From: Salinivirgaceae bacterium
GTDB lineage: Bacteria; Bacteroidota; Bacteroidia; Bacteroidales; SZUA-534
DNA: 56,350 bases
Direction of reading: 5' to 3'
Assembly: GCA_024405635.1 (NCBI GenBank)
Contig: JAKSOL010000021.1
Location: forward strand, 1-56,350
Shown here: piece after piece, positions 20,661 through 32,824 of the stretch
How positions within the stretch are numbered: the stretch's first letter is position 1
How the letters are laid out: each line of letters begins with the position of its first letter
Position numbers and translations under genes: made by a program
Notes under the pieces: generated by a model
What the model saw: only the letters and a program-made list of their open reading frames with translations
What the model was told of the DNA's origin: nothing
The model's database searches: none

Positions 20661-21035
20661 ATGCCAACAATACAGCAATTAGTAAGAAAAGGCCGTGTAG
20701 AGGTTGACAAGAAAAGTAAAGCGCCAGCTTTGGATTCTTGCCCACAACGCCGTGGAGTTTGTGTTCGTGTATACACAACAACTCCAAAAAAACCTAACTC
20801 AGCTATGCGTAAAGTAGCGAGAGTACGTTTAACCAATGGTAAAGAGGTGAACTCTTACATTCCAGGAGAGGGACATAACTTGCAAGAGCACTCAATCGTA
20901 ATGATTCGTGGTGGTCGTGTTAAGGACCTTCCAGGTGTTCGTTATCACATTATTCGTGGTGCATTGGATACATCAGGTGTTGAGGGTCGTAAACAACGTC
21001 GTTCAAAATACGGTGCTAAAAGACCTAAAAAATAA
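20661..21035 (+). CDS. rpsL: 30S ribosomal protein S12
   Basis: [20 protein letters not shown]. Confidence 0.99.
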   Translation: MPTIQQLVRKGRVEVDKKSKAPALDSCPQRRGVCVRVYTTTPKKPNSAMRKVARVRLTNGKEVNSYIPGEGHNLQEHSIVMIRGGRVKDLPGVRYHIIRGALDTSGVEGRKQRRSKYGAKRPKK

Positions 21036-21053
21036 TCTTATTAAATAAAGACA

Positions 21054-21530
21054 ATGAGAAAAGCTAAACCAAGAAAAAGGATTCTGTTGCCAGATCCAAA
21101 ATTCAATGATGTGTTGGTTACACGTTTTGTAAACAACTTGATGCTTGATGGTAAGAAAAGTACAGCTTACGAAATCTTTTATGATTCGCTAGAGGTAATT
21201 GGCGCAAAAATGAAAGATAATGAGATGTCGCCACTTGAGATTTGGAAAAAAGCGTTGTCTAACGTTACTCCTCAAGTAGAGGTTCGTAGCCGCCGTGTTG
21301 GTGGTGCAACATTCCAAATTCCACAAGAAATTCGTGAAACAAGAAAAGTTGCTATTAGTATGAAAAATCTTATTTCAGCAGCTCGCAAACGTCCAGGACG
21401 TACTATGGCTGAGAAACTTTCTGCTGAGGTAATGGCTGCTTTCAACGAAGAGGGTGGAGCATTTAAGAGAAAAGAAGAGATGCATCGTATGGCTGAAGCC
21501 AACAAAGCTTTCTCACATTTCCGCTTTTAA
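21054..21530 (+). CDS. rpsG: 30S ribosomal protein S7
   Basis: [24 protein letters not shown]. Confidence 0.99.
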   Translation: MRKAKPRKRILLPDPKFNDVLVTRFVNNLMLDGKKSTAYEIFYDSLEVIGAKMKDNEMSPLEIWKKALSNVTPQVEVRSRRVGGATFQIPQEIRETRKVAISMKNLISAARKRPGRTMAEKLSAEVMAAFNEEGGAFKRKEEMHRMAEANKAFSHFRF

Positions 21531-21551
21531 TTAATTGGATTAAGATAGAAA

Positions 21552-23654
21552 ATGGCACAAGACTTAACATATACGCGTAACTTCGGTATCATGGCTCACA
21601 TTGATGCCGGTAAAACAACAACATCTGAACGTATTTTGTTTTATACAGGTATTACTCACAAAATTGGTGAGGTTCATGATGGTGCTGCTACAATGGACTG
21701 GATGGTTCAAGAGCAAGAGCGTGGTATCACTATTACCTCTGCAGCTACAACTTGTTTTTGGACTTATCAAGGTAAAAAATATAAATACAATTTGATTGAC
21801 ACCCCGGGACACGTTGACTTTACTGTTGAGGTTGAACGTTCTTTGCGTGTTTTGGACGGTGCAGTAGCTGTATATTGCGCTGTGGGTGGTGTACAACCAC
21901 AATCAGAAACTGTATGGCGTCAAGCAAACAAATATAAAGTTCCACGTATTGCGTTCGTTAATAAAATGGACCGCGTTGGTGCTGATTATTTCTCAGTAGT
22001 AAAACAAATTCGTGAGCGTTTGCGCGCAAACCCAGTTCCTCTTCAAGTTCCAATTGGTTCTGAGTCGGATTTCAAGGGTGTTGTTGACCTTCTAGAGATG
22101 AAAGCCATCATTTGGAAAGATGATGCAGCTAATGGTAGCACTTTTGAATATCTACCAATACCAGAAGATTTGGTAGCTATTTGCAATGACTATAGAGCTC
22201 AACTTATTGAATCTGTTGCAGAGTTGGATGACTCTTTGCTTGAGCGCTTCTTTGAAAATCCAGATTCAATTTCAGTTGATGAAATTAAACCTGTAATTCG
22301 TCAAGCTACTATTGAACAACGTATTGTTCCTGTTTTGTGCGGTTCGGCATTCAAAAATAAAGGCGTTCAATGCTTGCTAGATGCTATTGCAGCATATTTG
22401 CCATCACCTCTTGATGTTCCTGCAGTTGATGGTGTTAATCCAAATACCGATGAGGCTGAGGTGCGTAATGCAGACTCTAAAGAGCCTTTCTGTGGTTTGG
22501 CATTTAAGATTGCAACAGACCCATTCGTAGGTCGTTTGGCATATATCCGCGTTTATAGTGGTGTGCTTAAAGCTGGTGAAACAGTTTTTAATGCAAGAAC
22601 TCAAAAACGTGAGAGAATTTCTCGTTTGTTCCAAATGCACTCTAATCACCAAAATCCAAAAGAAGAGATTGAGGCTGGTGATATTTGTGCAGGTATCGGT
22701 TTTAAAGATGTTCGTACAGGTGATACACTTTGTGCTGAAGACAGACCAATTGTATTGGAGAGTATGACTTTCCCTGCACCTGTGATTAGTATTGCTGTTG
22801 AGCCTAAAACTCAAGGTGATATGGAAAAACTTGATGCAGCATTGTTAAAACTTGCAGAAGAAGACCCAACATTTACCCTAAAAACAGACCAAGATTCTGG
22901 TCAAACTATTATTAGTGGTATGGGTGAGTTGCACTTGGATATTATTATGGACCGCTTGAAACGCGAGTTTAAAGTTGAGTGTAATCAAGGAGCTCCTCAA
23001 GTTGCATACAAAGAGGCTATTACATCTTCAGTTGAACACCGTGAAGTATTTAAGAAACAAACAGGTGGTCGTGGTAAATTCGCTGATATTTTTGTTCGCA
23101 TCTCTCCTGCAGAGGAAGGCAAAGAGGGCTTGACCTTTATTGATTCAATTAAGGGTGGTAATATTCCACGTGAGTATATCCCATCTGTTGAAAAAGGTTT
23201 CAAAGAAGCTATGAAAAATGGCCCATTGGCGGGTTTCCCTGTTGATAGTTTGCAAGTTGAGTTGTTTGATGGTTCGTACCACCCAGTTGACTCTGATCAA
23301 TTGTCATTTGAAATTGCAGCTCGTCAAGCTTTCCGTGAGGCATGCAACAAAGCTAAACCAGTTCTTCTTGAACCAGTAATGAAAGTTGAGGTTGTAACAC
23401 CAGAAGATTACATGGGTGATATTATTGGTGACTTTAACAAGCGTCGTGGTCAAGTTGAAGGTATGGAATCAGGTCATAACAACGAACGTATCATTAAGGC
23501 AAAAGTTCCATTGTCTGAGATGTTTGGTTATGTTACTATTCTTCGTACAATTTCTTCAGGTCGCGCTTCTTCTTCAATGGAATTCTCTCACTATGAGGAA
23601 ACACCAAAGAACGTATCGGCTGAAGTTCTTGAAAAAATCAATGGTAAGAAATAA
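21552..23654 (+). CDS. fusA: Elongation factor G
   Basis: [33 protein letters not shown]. Confidence 0.99.
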   Translation: MAQDLTYTRNFGIMAHIDAGKTTTSERILFYTGITHKIGEVHDGAATMDWMVQEQERGITITSAATTCFWTYQGKKYKYNLIDTPGHVDFTVEVERSLRVLDGAVAVYCAVGGVQPQSETVWRQANKYKVPRIAFVNKMDRVGADYFSVVKQIRERLRANPVPLQVPIGSESDFKGVVDLLEMKAIIWKDDAANGSTFEYLPIPEDLVAICNDYRAQLIESVAELDDSLLERFFENPDSISVDEIKPVIRQATIEQRIVPVLCGSAFKNKGVQCLLDAIAAYLPSPLDVPAVDGVNPNTDEAEVRNADSKEPFCGLAFKIATDPFVGRLAYIRVYSGVLKAGETVFNARTQKRERISRLFQMHSNHQNPKEEIEAGDICAGIGFKDVRTGDTLCAEDRPIVLESMTFPAPVISIAVEPKTQGDMEKLDAALLKLAEEDPTFTLKTDQDSGQTIISGMGELHLDIIMDRLKREFKVECNQGAPQVAYKEAITSSVEHREVFKKQTGGRGKFADIFVRISPAEEGKEGLTFIDSIKGGNIPREYIPSVEKGFKEAMKNGPLAGFPVDSLQVELFDGSYHPVDSDQLSFEIAARQAFREACNKAKPVLLEPVMKVEVVTPEDYMGDIIGDFNKRRGQVEGMESGHNNERIIKAKVPLSEMFGYVTILRTISSGRASSSMEFSHYEETPKNVSAEVLEKINGKK

Positions 23655-23671
23655 TATTTTTTAGTAAGAAT

Positions 23672-23977
23672 ATGAGTCAAAAAATTAGAATCAAATTGAA
23701 GTCTTTTGATCACAACTTGGTTGACAAATCAGCCGAGAAGATCGTTAAGACAGTAAGAACAACTGGTGCAGTTGTGAGTGGTCCTATTCCATTGCCAACA
23801 CATCGTCGTGTTTTTACAGTATTGCGCTCAACATTCGTGAACAAAAAATCACGTGAACAATTTGAGCTATCATCTTACAAAAGGTTGTTGGATATTTATA
23901 GCACATCTGCTAAAACTATCGATGCCTTGATGAAACTTGAACTGCCTAGTGGCGTTGAAGTAGAAATTAAAGTATAG
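23672..23977 (+). CDS. rpsJ: 30S ribosomal protein S10
   Basis: [18 protein letters not shown]. Confidence 0.99.
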   Translation: MSQKIRIKLKSFDHNLVDKSAEKIVKTVRTTGAVVSGPIPLPTHRRVFTVLRSTFVNKKSREQFELSSYKRLLDIYSTSAKTIDALMKLELPSGVEVEIKV

Positions 23978-24001
23978 TTTGACATTTTATTTTACATAAA
24001 A

Positions 24002-24622
24002 ATGGCAGGATTAATAGGTAAAAAAATTGGAATGACATCGATTTTCAGTGCCGAGGGAAAGAATGTTCCATGCACTGTTATCGAAGTAGGACCTTGTGTT
24101 GTTACACAAGTGAAAACCGTTGAAACAGACGGGTACGACGCATTGCAATTGGGTTTTGAAGACAAATCTGAAAAGAATGTTGCTAAAGCTCAATTGGGAC
24201 ACTTTAAAAAGGCCGGCACATCACCTAAAGCAAAAGTTGCCGAGTTTTTAGATTTTGAAGGTGAGCATAAATTAGGAGATGTAATCTCAGTATCTGACGT
24301 GTTTGATGAAGAGTCTTGGGTAGATGTTTCTGGCATCTCGAAAGGTAAAGGTTTCCAAGGCGTTGTTCGTCGTCATCATTTTAATGGTGTTAACGATCAA
24401 ACTCATGGTCAGCACAACCGTGGAAGACATCCAGGTTCTTTGGGTGGATCTTCTTATCCTTCTCGTGTATTCAAAGGTTTGCGTATGGCAGGCCGTATGG
24501 GTGGCGATGAGGTTAAAGTTCTAAGTTTGCGTGTTGTTAAGGTAATTGCTGAGAACAACTTGATATTAGTAAAAGGATCAGTACCTGGTCATAAGGGTTC
24601 ATACTTAATAATTGAGAAATAA
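24002..24622 (+). CDS. rplC: 50S ribosomal protein L3
   Basis: [15 protein letters not shown]; operon order. Confidence 0.99.
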   Translation: MAGLIGKKIGMTSIFSAEGKNVPCTVIEVGPCVVTQVKTVETDGYDALQLGFEDKSEKNVAKAQLGHFKKAGTSPKAKVAEFLDFEGEHKLGDVISVSDVFDEESWVDVSGISKGKGFQGVVRRHHFNGVNDQTHGQHNRGRHPGSLGGSSYPSRVFKGLRMAGRMGGDEVKVLSLRVVKVIAENNLILVKGSVPGHKGSYLIIEK

Positions 24623-25248
24623 TGGAATTGAAAGTTTTAAATCAAGAAGGAAAAGAAACCGGAAAATCGGTGGTATTGAATGATTCCATATTTGGAGTTG
24701 AGCCAAATGATCATGCAATTTATTTGGACGTAAAGCAATTTTTAGCTAACCAACGTCAAGGAACTCACAAATCAAAACAACGTAATGAGGTTTCAGGAAG
24801 CACCCGTAAGTTGAAAAAACAAAAGGGTACAGGTGGTGCTCGTGCTGGTAGTATCAAATCTCCTGTATTTGTTGGTGGTGGTCGCATATTTGGTCCTCAA
24901 GTTCGTGACTATTCATTCAAATTGAACAAGAAATTGAAACAAGTTGCTCGTAAATCAGCTTTGACTTACAAAGCACAATCAAATCAAATTATTGTTCTTG
25001 ATTCATTGAATTTTGAGACTCCTAAAACCAAAAATTACGTAGCAATGTTGGATAATTTGAAGCTTACTGGCAAAAACTTGTTATTTGTGGTGGCTGAATC
25101 CAATAAAAATGTATCTTTGTCGTCGCGAAATTTGCAAGGTGTTAGCGTTGTAACTGCTGATACATTAAACACTTATCAGATTATGAAGGCTACATCGCTC
25201 GTGATTACTGAGGACTCTTTGGCTTTGATTGATAATATTTTAGGATAA
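24622..25248 (+). CDS. rplD: 50S ribosomal protein L4
   Basis: [10 protein letters not shown]; operon order. Confidence 0.99.
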   Translation: MELKVLNQEGKETGKSVVLNDSIFGVEPNDHAIYLDVKQFLANQRQGTHKSKQRNEVSGSTRKLKKQKGTGGARAGSIKSPVFVGGGRIFGPQVRDYSFKLNKKLKQVARKSALTYKAQSNQIIVLDSLNFETPKTKNYVAMLDNLKLTGKNLLFVVAESNKNVSLSSRNLQGVSVVTADTLNTYQIMKATSLVITEDSLALIDNILG

Positions 25249-25261
25249 GAGGAGGAAAGTT

Positions 25262-25552
25262 ATGAGCGTAATTATTAGACCTATCGTAAGTGAGAAAATG
25301 ACGGCTCAAACTGAGAAGTTGAACCGTTATGGTTTTATCTGTGTTAAGAGCGCAGACAAATTGCAAATCCGCAAAGAAATTGAGGAGTTGTATGGGGTTA
25401 ATGTCGTTTCAGTTAACACTATTAGATATGCTGGAAAGAAAAAATCCCGTTACACAAAGGCTGGCTTTGTTCAAGGAAGAACAAACGCTTACAAAAAAGC
25501 GATTGTATCTTTGAAAGAAGGTCAGGTTATTGATTTTTATAGCAACATATAG
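25262..25552 (+). CDS. rplW: 50S ribosomal protein L23
   Basis: RPIVSEK, KKAIVSL. Confidence 0.98.
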   Translation: MSVIIRPIVSEKMTAQTEKLNRYGFICVKSADKLQIRKEIEELYGVNVVSVNTIRYAGKKKSRYTKAGFVQGRTNAYKKAIVSLKEGQVIDFYSNI

Positions 25553-25568
25553 TATTATAAATTAAATA

Positions 25569-26399
25569 ATGGCCGCAAAAAAATTGAAACCCGTTACAGC
25601 GGGTCAGCGACGTAAAGTGGTAAGCAACTTTGAAACGATTACCACTAGTACACCTGAAAAGTCATTGTTGAGTCCATTGAGGAAGTCTGGCGGTAGAAAT
25701 AACGACGGACGCATGACAATGAGATATATAGGTGGTGGACACAAAAGATGCTATCGTATTATCGATTTTAAACGCGATAAAGATGGTATCGAGGGAACAG
25801 TTAAATCAATTGAGTACGATCCAAATCGTAGTGCTCGTATTGCTTTGATTGTTTATGCCGATGGTGAAAAACGTTACATTTTGGCTCCTAATGGTTTAAC
25901 CGTGGGTCAAGTTGTATGCTCAGGTAAAGGCGTGGCTCCTGAAGTAGGAAACGCTTTGTACTTGTCTGAGATTCCACTCGGTACTGTTATTCACAATATT
26001 GAATTGCGCCCAAATGCAGGAGGTAGTATGGCTCGCAGCGCCGGAACGTTTGCACAGCTAACTTCTCGTGAGGGTAAATATGCAATTGTGAAGTTGCCTT
26101 CAGGCGAAACACGTATGGTTCTTGTTACTTGCAAAGCTACCATTGGTGTAGTTGGCAATTCAGATCATGCTTTGGAAGTGTCTGGTAAAGCAGGTCGTTC
26201 ACGTTGGTTGGGTCGTCGTCCTCGAAACAGAGGTGTTGTTATGAACCCAGTTGATCACCCAATGGGTGGTGGTGAAGGTCGTGCATCTGGTGGTCACCCA
26301 CGTTCTCGTAAGGGTATGCCAGCTAAGGGATACAAGACACGTCGTCCGAAGAAGTTGTCTAATAAACTTATTGTTGAACGAAGAAAAAGTAAAGCATAA
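25569..26399 (+). CDS. rplB: 50S ribosomal protein L2
   Basis: [21 protein letters not shown]. Confidence 0.99.
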   Translation: MAAKKLKPVTAGQRRKVVSNFETITTSTPEKSLLSPLRKSGGRNNDGRMTMRYIGGGHKRCYRIIDFKRDKDGIEGTVKSIEYDPNRSARIALIVYADGEKRYILAPNGLTVGQVVCSGKGVAPEVGNALYLSEIPLGTVIHNIELRPNAGGSMARSAGTFAQLTSREGKYAIVKLPSGETRMVLVTCKATIGVVGNSDHALEVSGKAGRSRWLGRRPRNRGVVMNPVDHPMGGGEGRASGGHPRSRKGMPAKGYKTRRPKKLSNKLIVERRKSKA

Positions 26400-26401
26400 T
26401 T

Positions 26402-26665
26402 ATGAGTCGTTCGTTAAAAAAAGGACCTTATATTTTTTATAAGCTCGAGGAGAAAGTTGCAAAGATGAATGAGTCGGGCAAGAAGAGCGTGATCAAAACA
26501 TGGTCTAGAGCTTCAATGATTTCTCCAGATTTTGTTGGACATACCTTCGCCGTTCACAATGGTAATCGCTTTATTCCTGTATATGTGACTGAAAATATGG
26601 TAGGACACAAACTTGGTGAGTTTGCACCAACCCGTCAGTTCAAAGGTCACGGAGGAAAGAAATAG
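26402..26665 (+). CDS. rpsS: 30S ribosomal protein S19
   Basis: [18 protein letters not shown]. Confidence 0.99.
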   Translation: MSRSLKKGPYIFYKLEEKVAKMNESGKKSVIKTWSRASMISPDFVGHTFAVHNGNRFIPVYVTENMVGHKLGEFAPTRQFKGHGGKK

Positions 26666-26686
26666 TAATACGTAAAATGAACTAAC

Positions 26687-27109
26687 ATGGGTGCTAGAAA
26701 AAGAAATAAAGCAAATCAAGTTAAAGAGGCAAAGAAAAGCGTAAGCTTTGCAAAGCTTAATGACTGCCCAACTTCGCCTCGTAAAATGCGTCTTATTGCC
26801 GATTTGGTTCGCGGAATGGAAGTTAACAAAGCTTTGAGCGTGTTGAAGTTCAGTCCAAAAGAAGCTTCTGCAAGAGTTGAGAAATTGTTATTGTCAGCTA
26901 TTGCCAATTGGCAACAGAAAAACGAAGGAGCTAGACTTGAAGATTCAGATCTATATGTTAAAGAGATTTCAGTAGATTCTGGTCGCCAACTAAAAAGATT
27001 ACGTCCAGCTCCTCAAGGTCGTGGTTATCGTATTAGAAAAAGATCAAACCATGTAACCTTGGTTGTTGATAGCCGCAACCTTAGTCAAACAAATGAAAAA
27101 AGTGAATAA
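26687..27109 (+). CDS. rplV: 50S ribosomal protein L22
   Basis: [14 protein letters not shown]. Confidence 0.98.
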   Translation: MGARKRNKANQVKEAKKSVSFAKLNDCPTSPRKMRLIADLVRGMEVNKALSVLKFSPKEASARVEKLLLSAIANWQQKNEGARLEDSDLYVKEISVDSGRQLKRLRPAPQGRGYRIRKRSNHVTLVVDSRNLSQTNEKSE

Positions 27110-27808
27110 ATGGGACAAAAGTGTAATCCAATAGGAAATAGATTAGGTATCATCAAAGGATGGGACTCTAATTGGTTTGGTGGAAAGAGCTATTCTGATA
27201 AGATTCTAGAAGACAGCAAGATCCGTGAGTATCTTCAAGCTCGCTTGGCTAAAGCAAGTGTTTCTAAAATCATTATTGAGCGTACTCTTAAAGTTATCAC
27301 CATTACTGTAAATACCGCTCGTCCCGGAATCATTATTGGTAAGGGGGGTCAAGAGGTTGATAAATTGAAAGAGGAGTTGAAGAAAATCACTAAGAAAGAT
27401 GTCCAAATTAACATTTTTGAGGTTAAAAGACCTGAGTTGGATGCTTTCTTGGTAGGTAGCAACATTGCTCGTCAATTGGAAGGTCGCGTATCGTACCGTC
27501 GTGCAGTCAAAATGGCAATAGCTTCTACTATGCGCATGGGCTCTGAGGGTATAAAAATTCAAGTTGCAGGACGTTTGGGAGGTGCCGAAATGGCAAGAAC
27601 CGAGACTCTTAAAGAAGGTAGAATTCCTTTGCATACATTGAGAGCTGATATTGATTATGCTCAAGTTGAAGCTTTGACAAAGGTTGGTTTAATCGGTATC
27701 AAAGTTTGGATTTGCAAAGGTGAAGTTTACGGCAAAAGAGACCTATCTCCAAATGTTGGTGTTAGCCAAAACCAAAAGAAAGGTGGAGTAAAAAAACGTC
27801 AGAAATAA
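27110..27808 (+). CDS. rpsC: 30S ribosomal protein S3
   Basis: [22 protein letters not shown]. Confidence 0.99.
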   Translation: MGQKCNPIGNRLGIIKGWDSNWFGGKSYSDKILEDSKIREYLQARLAKASVSKIIIERTLKVITITVNTARPGIIIGKGGQEVDKLKEELKKITKKDVQINIFEVKRPELDAFLVGSNIARQLEGRVSYRRAVKMAIASTMRMGSEGIKIQVAGRLGGAEMARTETLKEGRIPLHTLRADIDYAQVEALTKVGLIGIKVWICKGEVYGKRDLSPNVGVSQNQKKGGVKKRQK

Positions 27809-27829
27809 ACGTATAAAATTTAGTAAAAG

Positions 27830-28246
27830 ATGTTACAGCCAAAGAAAACTAAATACCGTAGAGTCCAAAAAGGTAGGATTAAAGGAAATGCACAACGTGG
27901 TCATTTGCTATCTTTCGGTTCTTTTGGTATTAAAGCCCTAGAGCAGTCTTGGATTACAGGACGCCAAATAGAAGCAGCACGTCAAGCTGTTACACGTTAT
28001 ATGAAACGTGAAGGACAAATTTGGATACGTATATTCCCTGATAAAGTTATAACAAAGAAACCTGCCGATGTGCGTATGGGTAAAGGTAAAGGAGCGCCGG
28101 AAGCCTTCGTTGCCCCTATAGAGCCAGGTCGTGTTATTATTGAAGCAGACGGAGTTCCATTTGAAATTGCCAAAGAAGCTTTGAGATTGGCAGCACAAAA
28201 ACTTCCAATCAAAACCAAGTTTATTGTCCGCAATGACTATGTTTAA
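27830..28246 (+). CDS. rplP: 50S ribosomal protein L16
   Basis: MLQPK, RMGKGKG. Confidence 0.99.
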   Translation: MLQPKKTKYRRVQKGRIKGNAQRGHLLSFGSFGIKALEQSWITGRQIEAARQAVTRYMKREGQIWIRIFPDKVITKKPADVRMGKGKGAPEAFVAPIEPGRVIIEADGVPFEIAKEALRLAAQKLPIKTKFIVRNDYV

Positions 28247-28272
28247 TGAACCTTCATCAAATTAATTGAAAA

Positions 28273-28473
28273 ATGAAAGCTTCAGAAGTTAGAGAGTTGT
28301 CAACATTGGAAATCCAAGAGTTGATTGAGAGTAATACAAAAGCACTGACCAAGATGCGTTTAAATCATGCAGTTTCTCCACTAGAAGACACTACTAAAAT
28401 TAGCAAGACTAAAAAAGATATTGCAAGATTGAATACAGAATTGAGGAGCAGGCAAAATAACCCCCAAAAATAA
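28273..28473 (+). CDS. rpmC: 50S ribosomal protein L29
   Basis: KDIARLNT; operon position. Confidence 0.96.
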   Translation: MKASEVRELSTLEIQELIESNTKALTKMRLNHAVSPLEDTTKISKTKKDIARLNTELRSRQNNPQK

Positions 28474-28482
28474 TTTTGGCAG

Positions 28483-28740
28483 ATGGAAAAAAGAAATCTG
28501 AGAAAAGAGCGTATAGGGATTGTTGTTAGCAATAAGATGGATAAAACAATTGTTGTTGCTATTAAACGTAAAGTTAAACACCCTATTTACGGTAAGTTTG
28601 TCAACAAAACCACAAAGTTGCATGCTCAAGATGATAAGAATGAGTGCAACATTGGTGATACTGTTAAGATTATGGAGACCAGACCTTTGAGTAAAACAAA
28701 GAACTGGCGTTTAGTTGAAATCATTGAAAGAGTGAAGTAG
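28483..28740 (+). CDS. rpsQ: 30S ribosomal protein S17
   Basis: [22 protein letters not shown]. Confidence 0.99.
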   Translation: MEKRNLRKERIGIVVSNKMDKTIVVAIKRKVKHPIYGKFVNKTTKLHAQDDKNECNIGDTVKIMETRPLSKTKNWRLVEIIERVK

Positions 28741-28742
28741 CC

Positions 28743-29108
28743 ATGATACAACATGAATCAATTTTAAGTGTTGCAGATAACAGCGGAGCTAAAACTGCTC
28801 TCTGCATCAATATTTTGGGTGGATCTAAGAAAAAATACGCAACTATTGGCGATAAAATTGTTGTTGCTATTAAAACAGCATTGCCAAGCGGTGAAGTAAA
28901 AAAAGGATCTGTAAGTAAGGCTGTTGTAGTTCGCACTACTAAAGAAATTCGTCGTAGCGATGGTTCTTACATTCGTTTTGATGATAATGCTTGTGTATTG
29001 CTTAATAATGCTGGTGAAATCAGAGGTACTCGTATCTTCGGTCCTGTAGCTCGTGAATTGCGTGACGGTTATATGAAAATCGTTTCACTTGCACCAGAAG
29101 TGTTATAA
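28743..29108 (+). CDS. rplN: 50S ribosomal protein L14
   Basis: [20 protein letters not shown]. Confidence 0.99.
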   Translation: MIQHESILSVADNSGAKTALCINILGGSKKKYATIGDKIVVAIKTALPSGEVKKGSVSKAVVVRTTKEIRRSDGSYIRFDDNACVLLNNAGEIRGTRIFGPVARELRDGYMKIVSLAPEVL

Positions 29109-29128
29109 ACCTTGTAAACAGAGTAATA

Positions 29129-29452
29129 ATGTCAGCAAAATTGCATATTAAAAAAGGCGATAATGTAATTGTTATTTCAGGTGAATCAAAAGGACAAAAA
29201 GGTAAAGTTCTTAGTGTTCAGGTTGAAAAACAACGTGCTATCGTTGAAGGGGTAAACATGGTTTCTAAACACACCAGACCCAACGCAAAAAATACCCAAG
29301 GTGGTATTGTTAAGCAAGAAGCTCCTATTCACATATCAAATTTGATGTTGATTGATCCAGCTACTGGCAATCCAACTCGTACTGGTAGAAGAATGGGTGA
29401 GAATGGTAAATTAGTTAGATATTCTAAAAAATCTGGAGAGGAGATCAAATAA
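29129..29452 (+). CDS. rplX: 50S ribosomal protein L24
   Basis: IKKGD KOW motif, EAPIHISN. Confidence 0.99.
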   Translation: MSAKLHIKKGDNVIVISGESKGQKGKVLSVQVEKQRAIVEGVNMVSKHTRPNAKNTQGGIVKQEAPIHISNLMLIDPATGNPTRTGRRMGENGKLVRYSKKSGEEIK

Positions 29453-30009
29453 TGGAATATATACCAGGACTACAGAAAAAGTACAAAGAGGAAATAGTTC
29501 CAACTTTGACCAAAGAATTTAACTACTCAACTCCGATGCAAGTTCCAAGATTGGAGAAAATTGTTATCAACCAAGGTGTTGGTAAAGCTATCGCAGATAA
29601 GAAAATTATTGATGTTGCAGTAGAAGAATTGACAGCTATCACTGGTCAAAAGCCAATGAAAACCTTGTCTAGAAAGGATATTTCAAACTTTAAGCTAAGA
29701 AAGAAAATGCCTATTGGTGTTAAAGTTACTTTGCGTAGAGATCGTATGTACGAATTTTTGGAGAGACTTATTGTAGTTGCTCTTCCACGTATTCGCGACT
29801 TTAAAGGAGTTAATAGCAAACTTGACGGCAAAGGAAATTACACACTTGGTATTACTGAGCAAATTATCTTCCCTGAGATTGATATTGATAAAATCACAAC
29901 ATTGTTGGGTATGGATATTACATTTGTTACCACAGCGAGAACTGATGAGGAAGGATATGCTTTGCTAAGAGAGTTTGGTATTCCATTTAAAAATCTAAAA
30001 AAGAATTAA
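29452..30009 (+). CDS. rplE: 50S ribosomal protein L5
   Basis: [20 protein letters not shown]. Confidence 0.99.
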   Translation: MEYIPGLQKKYKEEIVPTLTKEFNYSTPMQVPRLEKIVINQGVGKAIADKKIIDVAVEELTAITGQKPMKTLSRKDISNFKLRKKMPIGVKVTLRRDRMYEFLERLIVVALPRIRDFKGVNSKLDGKGNYTLGITEQIIFPEIDIDKITTLLGMDITFVTTARTDEEGYALLREFGIPFKNLKKN

Positions 30010-30012
30010 TCC

Positions 30013-30282
30013 ATGGCAAAAGAATCTATGAAAGCCCGCGAGGTTAAGAGGGCTAAGCTAGTTAAGAAATATGCACAAAAACGTGCTAATCTGTTAGCTG
30101 AAGGAGATTACGAAGGATTGCAAAGAATTCCTAAAAATGCGTCGCCAGTTCGCATGCATAATAGATGCTCGTTGACTGGTAGACCAAAAGGATACATTAG
30201 ACAATTTGGAATTAGTCGTATTCAATTCCGTGAAATGGCTTTGAAAGGATTGATTCCAGGAGTTAAAAAAGCAAGTTGGTAA
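30013..30282 (+). CDS. rpsN: 30S ribosomal protein S14
   Basis: [17 protein letters not shown]. Confidence 0.99.
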   Translation: MAKESMKAREVKRAKLVKKYAQKRANLLAEGDYEGLQRIPKNASPVRMHNRCSLTGRPKGYIRQFGISRIQFREMALKGLIPGVKKASW

Positions 30283-30301
30283 CCGATAAAGTTTTATTAA
30301 A

Positions 30302-30691
30302 ATGACAGATCCAATAGCAGATTTCCTTACAAGAATAAGGAATGCTCAAATGGCAAAACACAAAGTTGTTGAAATACCTGCTTCAAATATGAAGAAGAGT
30401 ATGACCAAAATTTTGTTTGATAATGGTTATATTCTAAACTATAAATTTGAAGATGAGCAGAATATAATTAAAATTGCGCTTAAGTATAATCAACAAACAA
30501 AAGAACCGGTTATCAAAAACCTTGAAAGAGTAAGCCGTCCTGGTTTGCGTCAATATAAAGGGGTTGAAGAACTTCCTCGTGTATTGAATGGACTAGGTAT
30601 TGCTATCGTTTCTACATCTCAAGGTGTGATGTCTGATAAAGAGGCTCGCGCTAAGAATGTTGGTGGCGAAGTTTTGTGTTACATTTATTAA
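30302..30691 (+). CDS. rpsH: 30S ribosomal protein S8
   Basis: [19 protein letters not shown]. Confidence 0.99.
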   Translation: MTDPIADFLTRIRNAQMAKHKVVEIPASNMKKSMTKILFDNGYILNYKFEDEQNIIKIALKYNQQTKEPVIKNLERVSRPGLRQYKGVEELPRVLNGLGIAIVSTSQGVMSDKEARAKNVGGEVLCYIY

Positions 30692-30706
30692 TTATAAAAT
30701 TACAAC

Positions 30707-31267
30707 ATGTCACGTATTGGAAAATTACCTGTAGCTATACCAGCTGGTGTTACTGTTACTGTTGACAATAACAACGTGGTAGTAGTAAAAGGGCCCAAAG
30801 GAACATTAACTCAAGAAGTTAATCCTATCATCAAAGTGAATGTTGATGGTGCACAAGTCGTTTTGGAGCGTCCAGACGATGAGATTGCAAGCAAATCTAT
30901 GCATGGTTTGTATCGTGCGCTTATCAACAATATGGTTGAAGGTGTTTCTAAAGGGTTCACATTAGAAATGGAGTTTGTTGGTGTGGGATACCGCGCTGAG
31001 TCTAACGGTCAAATGTTAGAAATGAGTCTTGGTTATTCTCATAGCATTTTCTTTGAAATGCCACCTGAGATTAAAGTTGAAGCAAAAACTGAGAAACGAA
31101 GCAACCCAATTTTGAAATTGGAAAGTTGTGATAAACAACTAATTGGTCAAGTTGCAGCTAAGATTCGTTCTTTCCGTATGCCAGAACCTTACAAAGGAAA
31201 AGGTATCAAGTTTATGAATGAGAACATTCGTCGTAAAGTTGGTAAGTCTGGTGGTAAGGCTAAATAA
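30707..31267 (+). CDS. rplF: 50S ribosomal protein L6
   Basis: MSRIGK, PEPYKGKGI. Confidence 0.99.
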   Translation: MSRIGKLPVAIPAGVTVTVDNNNVVVVKGPKGTLTQEVNPIIKVNVDGAQVVLERPDDEIASKSMHGLYRALINNMVEGVSKGFTLEMEFVGVGYRAESNGQMLEMSLGYSHSIFFEMPPEIKVEAKTEKRSNPILKLESCDKQLIGQVAAKIRSFRMPEPYKGKGIKFMNENIRRKVGKSGGKAK

Positions 31268-31289
31268 TAACTATTAAAAAAAGTAAATT

Positions 31290-31646
31290 ATGGCTACAAA
31301 TAAAATAGAAAGACGCAATAAGATCAAAGCTAGCATTCGTTGTAATGTTAGTGGTACTCCAGAGAAGCCAAGAATGTCTGTTTTTCGCAGTAACAAACAA
31401 ATTTCAGTTCAAATTATTGACGATGTTGCAGGTGTTACACTTGTTTCTGCCACATCTTTAGTTAAAGAGGTTGCTGAAGCAAAAGAAACCAAGACACAAA
31501 AAGCTGAAAAAGTTGGTGAAGCAATTGCAAAGAAAGCTTTGGAAAAAGGTATTTCTGAGGTTGTATTTGATCGCAATGGATTTTTGTATCATGGTAGAGT
31601 AAAAGCCTTGGCTGACGCTGCCCGTAAAGGAGGACTTAAATTTTAG
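31290..31646 (+). CDS. rplR: 50S ribosomal protein L18
   Basis: [18 protein letters not shown]. Confidence 0.99.
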   Translation: MATNKIERRNKIKASIRCNVSGTPEKPRMSVFRSNKQISVQIIDDVAGVTLVSATSLVKEVAEAKETKTQKAEKVGEAIAKKALEKGISEVVFDRNGFLYHGRVKALADAARKGGLKF

Positions 31647-31651
31647 AAATT

Positions 31652-32164
31652 ATGTCAAGCATTAGAAAGATAAAAACTACAGATCTTGAATTGAAAGATC
31701 GTTTGGTAGCAGTAAACCGTGTTACCAAAGTAACTAAAGGTGGTAGAGCGTTTACTTTTTCTGCCATTGTAGTTGTTGGTGACGAGGCTGGCGTTGTTGG
31801 CTATGGACTTGGTAAAGCTAATGAGGTTACAACAGCAATTAGTAAAGGTATTGAGGATGCTAAAAAGAACTTAATTAAGGTTCCAGTTATTCACAATACT
31901 CTTCCTCATGCGCAAACAGCTGTTTATGGTGGTGCACAAGTATATATTTCACCTGCATCTCATGGTACCGGTGTAAAAGCTGGTGGTGCTATGCGTGCCG
32001 TTCTTGAGAGTGTTGGTGTAAAAGACTGCTTGGCTAAATCTAAAGGTTCTTCAAACCCTCACAACGTTGTTAAAGCAACAATTGAAGCTTTGGCTCAAAT
32101 GCGCGATGCGTATACTGTTGCTTATGATAGAGGTGTTTCGTTGGATAAAGTATTCAAAGGTTAA
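31652..32164 (+). CDS. rpsE: 30S ribosomal protein S5
   Basis: [18 protein letters not shown]. Confidence 0.99.
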   Translation: MSSIRKIKTTDLELKDRLVAVNRVTKVTKGGRAFTFSAIVVVGDEAGVVGYGLGKANEVTTAISKGIEDAKKNLIKVPVIHNTLPHAQTAVYGGAQVYISPASHGTGVKAGGAMRAVLESVGVKDCLAKSKGSSNPHNVVKATIEALAQMRDAYTVAYDRGVSLDKVFKG

Positions 32165-32175
32165 TATTTAACGTC

Positions 32176-32358
32176 ATGGCTAAATATCGTATTAAACAAG
32201 TTAAGAGCAAAATTGGCAGTTCTAAACGCCAAATTGCGACCCTTGCAGCACTCGGTTTGCGCAAGATGAATCAGGTTGTTGAGCATGACGCTAAACCTGA
32301 GATTTTGGGAATGATAAATGCAGTAAAACATTTAGTTTCTTTTGAAGAAATAAAATAA
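32176..32358 (+). CDS. rpmD: 50S ribosomal protein L30
   Basis: KSKIG, LGLRK; operon position. Confidence 0.97.
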   Translation: MAKYRIKQVKSKIGSSKRQIATLAALGLRKMNQVVEHDAKPEILGMINAVKHLVSFEEIK

Positions 32359-32367
32359 GAATTTGTT

Positions 32368-32814
32368 ATGGATTTGAGCAATTTAAAACCAGCGTTTGGC
32401 TCTGTTAAAACATCGAAAAGAATTGGCCGTGGTGCTGGTTCTGGTAAAGGTGGCACCTCTACCCGTGGTCATAAAGGAGCTAAATCACGTTCTGGTTATT
32501 CGACTAAAATCGGTTTTGAAGGAGGTCAAATGCCTTTGCAACGTCGCGTTCCAAAATTCGGTTTTAAAAATATCAACAGAGTTGAGTATAAAGCAGTGAA
32601 TGTTGGCGATTTGCAAAAGCTTGCTGAGGCTAAGGGCATTACAGATTTTGAGCCAGTTGTGCTTGTGGAAAATGGTTTGGTTGGTCCAAATGATAAGATT
32701 AAGATCTTGGGCAATGGTAAATTGTCTTTGGCAATCAATGTGAAAGCTCACGCTTTCTCTAAAACAGCAGCAGCTGCTATTGAGGCACAAAAAGGTACAG
32801 TAGTAACTTTGTAA
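32368..32814 (+). CDS. rplO: 50S ribosomal protein L15
   Basis: RGHKGAKSRSG, FEGGQMPLQRR. Confidence 0.99.
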   Translation: MDLSNLKPAFGSVKTSKRIGRGAGSGKGGTSTRGHKGAKSRSGYSTKIGFEGGQMPLQRRVPKFGFKNINRVEYKAVNVGDLQKLAEAKGITDFEPVVLVENGLVGPNDKIKILGNGKLSLAINVKAHAFSKTAAAAIEAQKGTVVTL

Positions 32815-32824
32815 TCTTACATTG

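Noticed and set aside
23654-23672. tuf missing after fusA
   Set aside because: Normal arrangement in Bacteroidota.
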